Below, piece by piece: positions 32,218 to 41,327 of a DNA stretch of 64,000 nt. A program made the translations under genes and the position numbers. The number at the start of each line of letters is the position of its first letter. Positions within the stretch are counted from its first letter, which is position 1. A model generated the notes under the pieces. That model had not been told where the DNA came from, ran no database searches, and worked only from the letters and a program-made list of their open reading frames with translations. This stretch comes from a bacterium (GTDB taxonomy: Bacteria; Zhuqueibacterota; Zhuqueibacteria; Residuimicrobiales; Krinioviventaceae): the NCBI GenBank assembly GCA_963675755.2, contig CAXXMD010000003.1, forward strand, positions 512,001 through 576,000. Direction: 5' to 3'.

Positions 32218-33561
32218 TCAACCGTCCAGCGTCCAGCCTTTGCGGTAAGGTTTGGTGAGATATTCGTTAGCGGCTTCATTGTTGGTAATACGTCCGGCTT
32301 TACCGTCATATTCCAATCTTCCTCCAACGCGGTACGCTGCAAGGCCCAGTGCAAGCTGTTCAATCTCGTTCCCGGCATACTCGAAATCACAGGAAGTCTT
32401 TAAATCCGTCTTGCAGGCATTAAACCACTCTTCCTGGAATCCTATCATTTCAGGGATCAACAAATTTTCTGATCGCGGTTTATAATAGGTCATATCCGCT
32501 TCATCACCAAAAGGTAAAATGATGCGTGAATCAAAATCACAGATCAAAAATCCCTTGTCGCCTTTGAACATGGCGCCATGTCCTATTTGATCCAGGTCGA
32601 TATACTTTTTCGGGGTTGTGGGCATATCTCCGCCCTGATGCCATACCACCTTGATGGGCCCACGCCAGGCATTTGCCGGGTGTTCAAAGACCGCTTTCAA
32701 TTTCACCGGAGTAACATCAGGATTAAAGGGATCGCCTTCAGCTTCAACAGCAGTGGGAAAATCAGCATCAATTACATTCCATGCAAGGTCCATGGTATGA
32801 CTACCCATATCTCCAACCTGTCCCATTCCAAAGTCCCAGTACATGTTCCAGCTCAGACAGTTATTGCCGGGATTCGGTCGTTCAAAGTACCCGGGATTAT
32901 AGGGATGGTACGGCGAGGGTCCCAGCCACAGATCATAATTCAAATGTTTGGGAGGATCTCCGGCAGCAGGCAGATATCCCGGTTTGGGCAATTGACGATT
33001 GCCCCAGGTATGTACGGCTGAAAGTTCACCTACAACGCCATCCAGAATCAACTCACGTACACGGTTGAAATTGGGTTTTGCATGACGCTGGGTACCATGC
33101 TGGACCGCGATTTTGTGCTTATTTTTCAAATAATTTTCACGGACGGTTCTCGCTTCATGCACAGTAATACCAATGGGTTTTTCACAATAGACATGGTATC
33201 CGCGGTTGATTGCCCAGTTGGCTACAAACGCATGATTATGATCTGGCGAGCAGATCACTACCGCGTCAATGCCCTTGTGGTCCAGACACTTGCGCCAGTC
33301 AACATACTTTTTCGCTCCCGGAAATTCCTTGGCAGCAATATCCAGATGGTTTGAATCCACGTCACAAATAGCAATTACATTTTGCGTATGAAGACCCCGA
33401 TAGTGTGCGGTTGCCCGTCCCCAGGCACCAATCAATGCAATGTTTAATTTATCACTGGGTTTATTCTGGCCAAACAGAGTACCAGACGGCAGTACCATCA
33501 AGCCCGCTCCCGCGGCTGCGGTGGTACGCAAAAAATTTCTCCGTTCTTTTGAAAATTTCAT
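32218..33561 (-). CDS. Gfo/Idh/MocA oxidoreductase with Tat signal
   Basis: ERRNFL; [24 protein letters not shown]. Confidence 0.92.
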   Translation of the reverse strand: MKFSKERRNFLRTTAAAGAGLMVLPSGTLFGQNKPSDKLNIALIGAWGRATAHYRGLHTQNVIAICDVDSNHLDIAAKEFPGAKKYVDWRKCLDHKGIDAVVICSPDHNHAFVANWAINRGYHVYCEKPIGITVHEARTVRENYLKNKHKIAVQHGTQRHAKPNFNRVRELILDGVVGELSAVHTWGNRQLPKPGYLPAAGDPPKHLNYDLWLGPSPYHPYNPGYFERPNPGNNCLSWNMYWDFGMGQVGDMGSHTMDLAWNVIDADFPTAVEAEGDPFNPDVTPVKLKAVFEHPANAWRGPIKVVWHQGGDMPTTPKKYIDLDQIGHGAMFKGDKGFLICDFDSRIILPFGDEADMTYYKPRSENLLIPEMIGFQEEWFNACKTDLKTSCDFEYAGNEIEQLALGLAAYRVGGRLEYDGKAGRITNNEAANEYLTKPYRKGWTLDG

Positions 33562-33607
33562 AACCTTACTCCTTGATTTTTGACCTGCAAAACAATTTAT
33601 ATTTTAA

Positions 33608-34735
33608 TCACATATACCAACCATCAAAACGTTTCCATTCATCAATCACAGTATCATTTTGTATGACTTTATAATGATCATGCATGGTCGCAGTTGAACA
33701 GGCATGATTCGGCAAAATCCTTACTTTACTGCCCCTGGCTAACCTATCATAGTCCACCTTGTTTCCTGATCGTGAAGTGACAATACCATGCTCCTGGCTT
33801 GAACCGCAAACGTACAGATCATCAATGGGTTTGCCATTCAGATCACATACCACGCCAAAATCCTCTACATCACCCAGACCCCGGTCTCCGGATATAGCCG
33901 TCCAGCCAGCATCAATCAATAGACGATTACGTTCCGGTTGATGTCCAATGACCGAAGCTAATACCGTTACCGCAATATCATCCAGACTGCAAACGCCCAA
34001 CTGGTTCATCATCAGATCTTGAAACAGATAAACGCCGGTGCGTAACTCGGTAACACCTGTCAGGTCTTTTGCAAAACTGGCAGTAGGCGTGGATCCCACA
34101 CTCACAATAGGACAATCTAATCCGGCATCTCTTAACCGTTTGGCACTTTTCACGGTTTCAGCTCGCTCCTGTTCCGCATAGGCAGCAATTTCATCCACAG
34201 ATTTACTTACGTACGATGCTCCGGCATGGGTCAATACACCCTCTGGTGTCACTCCCGGCAAATCAGCTAAAAGCTTTCCGGTATCTATCAGCAAATCACT
34301 CCCGGGCTTTATTCCCGCACGATGACCATCGCTGTCAATTTCTATCATTACTTTAAAAGAGGATGCTAGTTCTTGTGATTTATCAGATACCTGTTGGACC
34401 ATTTCCGGACTGTCAAGAATGATTTTGACATCCGCACCCCTGGCATTTAATTCGGCAATATGTTTTAATTTATCAGGAACAATTCCAATAGCATAGATAA
34501 TATCCGTAATGCCCTGTTCAAAAAAATAGCTGACTTCTTTCAAGGTAGAAGCGGTAATACGTTGAGCATTACCCTTTAAAGCCATTTCAACAACCTCTTT
34601 GCACTTGGCAGTTTTTACATGTAAGCGCAGGGCTACGCCCAATTTTTGGATTCGGGAATTCATAGTATCAATATTATTCTGTAATCGGGATTTGTCTAAT
34701 AGCAGGCAAGGTGTATCAAGAGAGTGGATATTCAT
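33608..34735 (-). CDS. fold-III PLP enzyme (D-threonine aldolase / D-serine dehydratase DSD1 family)
   Basis: LDTPCL, RLHVKTAK, SVGSTPT, SQEHG, PNHACST. Confidence 0.88.
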   Translation of the reverse strand: MNIHSLDTPCLLLDKSRLQNNIDTMNSRIQKLGVALRLHVKTAKCKEVVEMALKGNAQRITASTLKEVSYFFEQGITDIIYAIGIVPDKLKHIAELNARGADVKIILDSPEMVQQVSDKSQELASSFKVMIEIDSDGHRAGIKPGSDLLIDTGKLLADLPGVTPEGVLTHAGASYVSKSVDEIAAYAEQERAETVKSAKRLRDAGLDCPIVSVGSTPTASFAKDLTGVTELRTGVYLFQDLMMNQLGVCSLDDIAVTVLASVIGHQPERNRLLIDAGWTAISGDRGLGDVEDFGVVCDLNGKPIDDLYVCGSSQEHGIVTSRSGNKVDYDRLARGSKVRILPNHACSTATMHDHYKVIQNDTVIDEWKRFDGWYM

Positions 34736-34853
34736 AAAAGCTCCAATCGTTATCAGGCGATTTTATAAAATAGTAATCCTTTATTAATATCCAAAATAAA
34801 TTTTAGGGACAATAAACCGGGAGTGCAAAAACAATAGTTAGAATTCAGCCAAT

Positions 34854-35324
34854 TCAGGCAACTCTTTTTCCCGAATTATCACATCGCAACAACTCTTTTA
34901 AAAATCCCTTAGGATCTTGAAGGGTTTCCATACATTTCAGATATACCGCACACATACGGCAATCATCCTGAGTTTTAAAGCTGCAATTGGCAGGCGTAAG
35001 CCAACATGGGGTAGAACTCTCGCTAAATGCAGGACAGTTTTCTCGAATATCTTCCGGACATCCTACAAAGGTCCAACAGGGAGTCAATGAACATAACATT
35101 TTAACGGCTTCAAGATTCAGCTTTTTTACGCGTATTAAATCCATTATAACCTGTACGCGTCGAATATCATTTCGGGAATATACACGTCTGCCGGTTTTGG
35201 TTCTATGGGGAATTATCAAACCTGCTTGCTCATACATACGCAGTGTAGGGACCGCTATGCCAAGCTTGTCGGCTGCCAGACCGATCGTATAAACAGGTTC
35301 ATTCATTAATTCATGGTCGTCCAT
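34854..35324 (-). CDS. MerR-family (HspR-like) regulator with Cys-rich C-terminal domain
   Basis: YTIGLAADKLGIAVPTLRMYEQAGLIIPHRTKTGRRVYS HTH; C-terminal PCW....C.......CPA......PCW.....C.......C..C.VY. Confidence 0.88.
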   Translation of the reverse strand: MDDHELMNEPVYTIGLAADKLGIAVPTLRMYEQAGLIIPHRTKTGRRVYSRNDIRRVQVIMDLIRVKKLNLEAVKMLCSLTPCWTFVGCPEDIRENCPAFSESSTPCWLTPANCSFKTQDDCRMCAVYLKCMETLQDPKGFLKELLRCDNSGKRVA

Positions 35325-35367
35325 TCTTCACCTTATAATATAGATTTTCTATAGAAATGGCTAAAAC

Positions 35368-35396
35368 AATATACATGATAATATATTAGCAGTCAA
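35368..35396 (-). promoter_or_regulatory. sigma70 promoter of the MerR gene
   Basis: Minus strand TTGACT-17 nt-TATATT. Confidence 0.6.
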
Positions 35397-35478
35397 GTAA
35401 AAGTGCCGCATTCTGCGGACAATATTTCGTATATACGAATCAAACTCAAGTTTTTAATAAATTTATCCTGCTTTTCGC

Positions 35479-35526
35479 TTGACACTTTATTTGCAATTAT
35501 GTATATACCTATAGTGAACACTATAG
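35479..35526 (+). promoter_or_regulatory. sigma70 promoter of the cytochrome gene with downstream palindromic operator
   Basis: TTGACA-17 nt-TATATA followed by CTATAGTG-AA-CACTATAG (35509-35526). Confidence 0.6.
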
Positions 35527-35638
35527 ATTTTGTTGTTTTTGAAAAACACAAAAAGTTAGATGGCTACAGCAAGGATAAAGTATACTAAAATATACATTAT
35601 CTATTCAACATATAAATCAATTTACAGGAGGTAAACCC

Positions 35639-38260
35639 ATGAACAAATTGTACATCGTTTTTCTATGCGTTCTACTAGCCTTTTCCGCAGCGATGTCACA
35701 AACTGTATCCATCATGCCGCATGGAATCTCACCTGCGCAGATGAAAGCGGATACATTGGGAGATGCAGAGTATGTCGGTATTTTTGATCGTACATATTCA
35801 GGTATTCTCAATGTTGGCGTAGAAACTCAAATGTACCTGAAAGGTACAAGTGATGTTCAACTTGTAGCACCCGTATGGACGGTTGTTACAAAGCCAAACA
35901 ATTCCAATGCTGACATTGCAAAAACCGCGGATGTAGACACTTCTACTCAATACGCTGTTTTTACACCCGATGTTGTCGGTACTTATGTTATTGAATTTGC
36001 CGACGGGGGTGAACCCGCATCTGTAACCATTAATGCAGCCAAATATATTGGCTACCAGGATGGTAACTGTTCTCTCTGTCACAGTGGTATTGCTACCGAA
36101 TGGATGGAAACCGGTCACGCTGACTTTTTAACCAGAGCACTAGATGGTGAAGTCAGCAGCCACTATAGTGAAAGTTGTATTTCCTGTCACGTCGTAGGAT
36201 ATGACACCCTTGCCGACAATGACGGCTTTGATGATTTTGCATTTGAATTCCCTGCAACTCTGGAAGCAGGCACAGCTGATGCAATGGTTGCACAATATCC
36301 TAATGCGATGAAACGTGCAAACATCCAGTGTGAAGCTTGTCACGGACCTGCCGGCTCACATTATGGCATTACAGAAGATAACAAGATGGTTGCTTCCCTG
36401 ACCACTCAGGCTTGTAATGTATGTCATGATGATGATCATTATCATGTATATCCATCACAATGGAAAACTGCAGGGCACGCAAACATTCCTTCATATCCCG
36501 GTGGTTCAAGAACCACTTGTCGTGGATGTCACAACGGCGCACAATTTGTTCAGTATGTTGAAGGTGAAACGATTACCGTTCAAGACCACGTAGATATCAC
36601 TTGTGCTGTATGTCACGATCCCCACTCTGCTGAAAATGAACATCAGTTACGTACATTGGATGCAACATTGTCTAATGACATGATGGTATCCGGTGCTGGT
36701 AAAGGCGCTCTCTGTATGAACTGTCACCAAAGCCGCCAGGAAGCCAACTCTTATACCGAACAACCTGCTGGTCATTATGGCCCACACTATGCACCTCAAG
36801 CTGATATGCTGCTGGGTGTTAATGTTGTTACATTTGGTAAAACCCTGCCCGTATCTCCTCACCTTGAAGCAACAGGCGATGCATGTGTAACCTGTCACAT
36901 GTATGAAGCTGGTTCTCATGGCGAACATGACGCTGAAGGCAACCTGACTACTGCCGGTATGCACTCATTCAGTATGGTAAGTACTGGTGGTGTAGACAAT
37001 GTTGCTGCATGTTCAGACTGTCATGGAGATATTGGTGAAACATTTGCTGAAAAGAAATACTTTATGAATGGCGTTGCTGATCATGATGGTGACGGCGTTG
37101 ACGAAGGTTTACAGGAAGAAGTTCATGGTTTGATGGAAATTCTGGCTGAAATGCTGCCACACGCAGAGGATGTTGAAGCCTTTGATCCTCATGATGATCC
37201 TGATTCTACCTGGACAAAAACCGAATTAAAAGCTGCTTTTAACTACAAGATGGTTTACTATGATCACAGTTATGGTATCCATAACCCGGCATTTATCGTT
37301 TCTCTGTTAAATATAAGTATTCAGGCATTGATGAATAACGCTATTGACGGTGACATTGTTGCAATTGACGATGTTCCCAACGATCAGGGTAAACAGGTAC
37401 GTATCATCTGGAGCAAATTTGTAGACGACGGTACCGCAATTGATCCTGTTAATACTTATATCGTAAAACGCTGGGATGCAGATAAAGAAGTTTGGGTAGG
37501 CGTTGGTGAACACACTGCCGACGGCAGTATGCGCTACGCAATGGTTGTTCCAACCGTTTATGACTCTACCGCAGTCAGCGATGGTATGACCTCATTCAAA
37601 GTTGTAGCCGTAACCCAGGGCAGCAATGTTCACGAATCCTTGCCGGCAGATGGTTACTCTGTTGACAATCTTGTTCCTATGGCTCCGGCAAACGTAATGG
37701 CCAATATTGTAAGCGGTCAGGTACAGATCACCTGGGATGAACCTGTAGATGCTGATTTTAAATACTTTGCAGTATATCGCAGTGATGCATCCGGTTTTGA
37801 ACCTACCGAATCAAACCTGGTTGGAACCATTACCGGAACCCAGTTTACAGATATGGAAATCAGTCAGAACGAGACCTATTATTATAAAGTCTCTGCATTC
37901 GATTTCTCAGGAAACGAATCAACACATTCTGAAGTTTCTATTCTGATTACTGCCATTGAAGGTGAAGGCGGCTCTGTACCTACAACCTTCTCACTGGCTC
38001 AAAACTATCCGAACCCGTTCAACCCCTCTACCATGATAGAGTTTGGTGTTCCCCGGGCGGAACAAGTAACCATCCGTATCTATGACATTCGCGGATCGCT
38101 GGTACGCACCCTTGCCGATGGCAAATTTGCAGCCGGTTTCCACAATGTTATTTGGGATGGACGTAACGAATCAGGTCTGTTGGTAAGTGCGGGCACTTAT
38201 CTCTATCGCCTTGAATCTCCAACAACCAACTTTACCAAAAAGATGATATTCCTCAAATAA
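35639..38260 (+). CDS. secreted nonaheme c-type cytochrome with Fn3 and FlgD-Ig/T9SS-like C-terminal sorting domain
   Basis: Sec signal; nine CxxCH motifs (CSLCH, CISCH, CEACH, CNVCH, CRGCH, CAVCH, CMNCH, CVTCH, CSDCH); YYYKVSAFDFSGNES Fn3; LAQNYPNPFNPST...WDG tail. Confidence 0.92.
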   Translation: MNKLYIVFLCVLLAFSAAMSQTVSIMPHGISPAQMKADTLGDAEYVGIFDRTYSGILNVGVETQMYLKGTSDVQLVAPVWTVVTKPNNSNADIAKTADVDTSTQYAVFTPDVVGTYVIEFADGGEPASVTINAAKYIGYQDGNCSLCHSGIATEWMETGHADFLTRALDGEVSSHYSESCISCHVVGYDTLADNDGFDDFAFEFPATLEAGTADAMVAQYPNAMKRANIQCEACHGPAGSHYGITEDNKMVASLTTQACNVCHDDDHYHVYPSQWKTAGHANIPSYPGGSRTTCRGCHNGAQFVQYVEGETITVQDHVDITCAVCHDPHSAENEHQLRTLDATLSNDMMVSGAGKGALCMNCHQSRQEANSYTEQPAGHYGPHYAPQADMLLGVNVVTFGKTLPVSPHLEATGDACVTCHMYEAGSHGEHDAEGNLTTAGMHSFSMVSTGGVDNVAACSDCHGDIGETFAEKKYFMNGVADHDGDGVDEGLQEEVHGLMEILAEMLPHAEDVEAFDPHDDPDSTWTKTELKAAFNYKMVYYDHSYGIHNPAFIVSLLNISIQALMNNAIDGDIVAIDDVPNDQGKQVRIIWSKFVDDGTAIDPVNTYIVKRWDADKEVWVGVGEHTADGSMRYAMVVPTVYDSTAVSDGMTSFKVVAVTQGSNVHESLPADGYSVDNLVPMAPANVMANIVSGQVQITWDEPVDADFKYFAVYRSDASGFEPTESNLVGTITGTQFTDMEISQNETYYYKVSAFDFSGNESTHSEVSILITAIEGEGGSVPTTFSLAQNYPNPFNPSTMIEFGVPRAEQVTIRIYDIRGSLVRTLADGKFAAGFHNVIWDGRNESGLLVSAGTYLYRLESPTTNFTKKMIFLK

Positions 38261-38286
38261 TTGAGATAAAAAGATCCCTATCGAAG

Positions 38287-38321
38287 AAAAGCCGGTCCTG
38301 ATGTTTTGGGACCGGCTTTTT
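38287..38321. terminator. intrinsic (probably bidirectional) terminator
   Basis: aaaagccggtcc-tgatgttttg-ggaccggcttttt. Confidence 0.85.
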
Positions 38322-38430
38322 CTATTTTAAAACTCGGAGTAACTCTTGATTACAGGAATTCTTGAAGATTTATTAATGGCTAAATTTATTTTTTTGGGGT
38401 TTGGTGTAAGAACAAAAACCTTATTTTAAT

Positions 38431-39297
38431 CTATTCAATATACTCTTTCAGTATTGTTGTTTTCGGAAATTGTTTCTGCAATTCGACCAGAGATTCCTGG
38501 CGCTCCTGTTCAGGCAACAGCTCCAGCCACTGGTCTATTGCCATATAGAGAACAGGTTCCACATCTTCTTTTTCCTGGGTGTGTTGTGCACCATTATTAT
38601 TTTCCAGCTTGAAATCTATTTTCTCTTTCTTTTCAGTCTGCAACTGACCAAGTCCCTTTTCCACTGCCTTCAATGCCATATCCCTTGCTTGCTGCAACTC
38701 GTCTATCTCTACATAGTAACCTGCAATATGCAGGTATGGCAGCAGACTGGGGGTATTGTACTGTATGGCTTTGCGATAGTAATCCACATAAGCTGTATCC
38801 ATACCCACAAAATACAACAGCAATCCCATTCGCAGATAGGGATAATCCCAATCCGGTTTTATCGCAACCATAGATTTATAAGCCGCCAGTGATATTTGAG
38901 GATCCATATCTTCATACATCCTGGCAATCTTGCTGTACAACTGCAAGCTGTCCTGCTGTGTTGTTACTACACTCAAAGATTGCCGATACACCTGTTCAAG
39001 ATCTTCCGGTATTTGAGGTTCTCCATAGTATTTGCTTTGCAATGAGAGTAATAACGCTTCTGCCTTTTTAAAATCCCCCATACCTGTATAGGCTCTGGCT
39101 AACCCCAGTCCCACCTGGAGTGTGTCTGATGAGGTATTACTCGCATTCTCAAAAAACGTGACCGCTTTGTCATACGCCTGGTTTTCAAGATACTGGAATC
39201 CGGGTTCAAGTTCTTTTGAGGCTCCCCAAAGAATAAAGGGTACCATTATAATAAACAGCATTTTTTTTAAAGACATCATATTCTTCTCATTTTTCAA
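38431..39297 (-). CDS. tetratricopeptide-repeat protein, exported
   Basis: N-terminal signal/TM; TPR-like LARAYTGMGDFKKAE and PYLRMG repeats. Confidence 0.75.
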   Translation of the reverse strand: MKNEKNMMSLKKMLFIIMVPFILWGASKELEPGFQYLENQAYDKAVTFFENASNTSSDTLQVGLGLARAYTGMGDFKKAEALLLSLQSKYYGEPQIPEDLEQVYRQSLSVVTTQQDSLQLYSKIARMYEDMDPQISLAAYKSMVAIKPDWDYPYLRMGLLLYFVGMDTAYVDYYRKAIQYNTPSLLPYLHIAGYYVEIDELQQARDMALKAVEKGLGQLQTEKKEKIDFKLENNNGAQHTQEKEDVEPVLYMAIDQWLELLPEQERQESLVELQKQFPKTTILKEYIE

Positions 39298-39540
39298 GAT
39301 TCTATATATTTAAATCCGTTATTCATACAAAAGCAAAAATCAACTCTATTCAAAATATAAACCTATATAGCAATACTCGCAAGCCTAAACCATCAATTCT
39401 GTGACAGACATTACAGAAAAACTTTTACAAGCACTATTTCAACAATTTTCACGACAAAAAAACAAGCTTATTTCTTTCAAAAAAGTTGTTTTTATTCGAT
39501 TAATACCATATAATAAACTGTCATTAACTTTGAGGATTTT

Positions 39541-40446
39541 TTGATAGACACATTTACACTCATTTTGCACGATGCCATTGTTATAACGGCAACCAGCTTT
39601 ATTTTACTGCTTTACATGCGCTTACAAAAAACCTATTCCGGATTCGGCTTATGGCTGTTGAGTATGCTTTTAACTGGCCTCGTATACTTTATAATGTTGA
39701 GCAGACAAGTTTTTATTCCGGCTTGGGCAAGTATTCTTTTAGTAAATTTTACATTCCCCCTGGCAGCAATTATTCGATACGATGGTACCCTTCGCTTCAC
39801 CTTTGAGCGCAGCCTGAATAAAAAATTTTATATGATACCGGTATTTCAACTAATAATTGCCATTTACTTTACTTTTTTCCAAAATGAAATTATTATTCGG
39901 AATTTCACCCTCACCCTGGTCATTTGCTATATGGCAGTTTCAATAGCCATTCTGTTCTTTAAACGATCAAGAGAAAAAAAGACTATTATTTATCTTTTTG
40001 CGGGTTATTTACAATTACTTTTTTCAATATTATTATTCCTGCGTGCTTTTTTCTGGATATTCACACCACAAAGAGGATTATTTGACTCTAGCTCCTTACA
40101 CATCATATACTTTATATTCATTACCATATACGAGTTTGGTTGGGGCGTTTGCATCATGATGCTCAATGGAAAACGACTTGAAGATGAATTAATTGAATCC
40201 AAAGACAAACTGGATGTAACGGTCAAAGAATTGATAACAGCAATTTCCGAACTTAAAACATTGAGCGGTCTGGTTCCCATATGCTCATCATGCAAAAGCA
40301 TAAGAGACGACAAAGGCTATTGGAATCAGTTGGAAGCATATGTTGAAAAGCACTCTGATGCCAGATTCAGTCATGGCATCTGCCCGGATTGTGCAAGGAA
40401 ACTATACCCTGATTTGTATCCTGATTCTGATAGCAATGATAAATAA
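39541..40446 (+). CDS. 7-TM membrane protein with C-terminal Cys-motif domain
   Basis: Seven hydrophobic segments, a coiled coil, then LVPICSSCKSIRDDKGYW...FSHGICPDC, a tail commonly seen on signalling proteins. Confidence 0.8.
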   Translation: MIDTFTLILHDAIVITATSFILLLYMRLQKTYSGFGLWLLSMLLTGLVYFIMLSRQVFIPAWASILLVNFTFPLAAIIRYDGTLRFTFERSLNKKFYMIPVFQLIIAIYFTFFQNEIIIRNFTLTLVICYMAVSIAILFFKRSREKKTIIYLFAGYLQLLFSILLFLRAFFWIFTPQRGLFDSSSLHIIYFIFITIYEFGWGVCIMMLNGKRLEDELIESKDKLDVTVKELITAISELKTLSGLVPICSSCKSIRDDKGYWNQLEAYVEKHSDARFSHGICPDCARKLYPDLYPDSDSNDK

Positions 40447-40573
40447 ATATCAGATCTGGGTGCATCCCAAATTAAACATGACATGATTGTTTTATACCAG
40501 ATAAAAATCCATCAAGCACAAAAAGTCATCATTCCCCTAAAAGACATTTACATATTTAAAACGACCCGTCACA

Positions 40574-41050
40574 TTAATACATGAAATCATATTTGCTTTC
40601 ATTGTATCCATAGTTGGTAAAGTTACCAATAGTTGGATGTTCAAGCTCTACAAATTCATCCACCGGTACCTTGATGACATTGTCATGTGTTCCCGTATTA
40701 AAACAGATCTCTTTTTTCTCAAGCACCGTATTCGAGCAATATACCGGTATATCCACCAGTGTGCCCAGCGCGGGAAGAGCGGTAGCATCGCACTTGGGGA
40801 ACAAGACTTGACATTCATCTTCCTGAACAATATCTATACGATCAACATGCAGCATACATTTCATGCGTTTAATATCAATATGCTCACTTTTCTTAAGCAC
40901 TATAAGCGCATATTGTCCATCTATTTTTACAGGTACGGTTTTGACGGTTCCAACAAATTCATTATCATGGCTGCTGAAATAACCGGACAAGATATCCCAA
41001 TGGATTCTGTTATTATTTAAATATGTTTTTATTACATCAGCATTTAACAT
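40574..41050 (-). CDS. YbaK/prolyl-tRNA editing domain protein
   Basis: VKTV, LFPKC..ALPALG, FNTGTH motifs. Confidence 0.75.
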   Translation of the reverse strand: MLNADVIKTYLNNNRIHWDILSGYFSSHDNEFVGTVKTVPVKIDGQYALIVLKKSEHIDIKRMKCMLHVDRIDIVQEDECQVLFPKCDATALPALGTLVDIPVYCSNTVLEKKEICFNTGTHDNVIKVPVDEFVELEHPTIGNFTNYGYNESKYDFMY

Positions 41051-41327
41051 ATTACACCTCCAAACATGGTAAAAGGAGACAACTTTATATATTTAAATTT
41101 GAAATATCTGCAAGCTGTAGTAAAGAGGTAACCGGATAACTGTGGAAGCTGTATTTCAAAGGCCCTTTTACATTTTAACATCGTTAAAAATGGCAATATT
41201 CCGAGGATTTCAAGCCGTCATAAAATTTAATTCTTGTATAAAGCAAATAATGGTTGTATTATTTAATACAACACAAACAGCACAATCATGACCTTTATAA
41301 TTCAATCATATAAAAAGGAGTGCAAAC

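Noticed and set aside
35443-35449. HspR HAIR operator (ACTCAAG)
   Set aside because: Only one half-site is present; there is no CTTGAGT partner at the 7-bp spacing.
41098-41160. tttgaaata...tatttcaaa inverted repeat with two aagctgta direct repeats in the YbaK leader
   Set aside because: Short, AT-rich and without a recognisable riboswitch or T-box consensus; could be chance.
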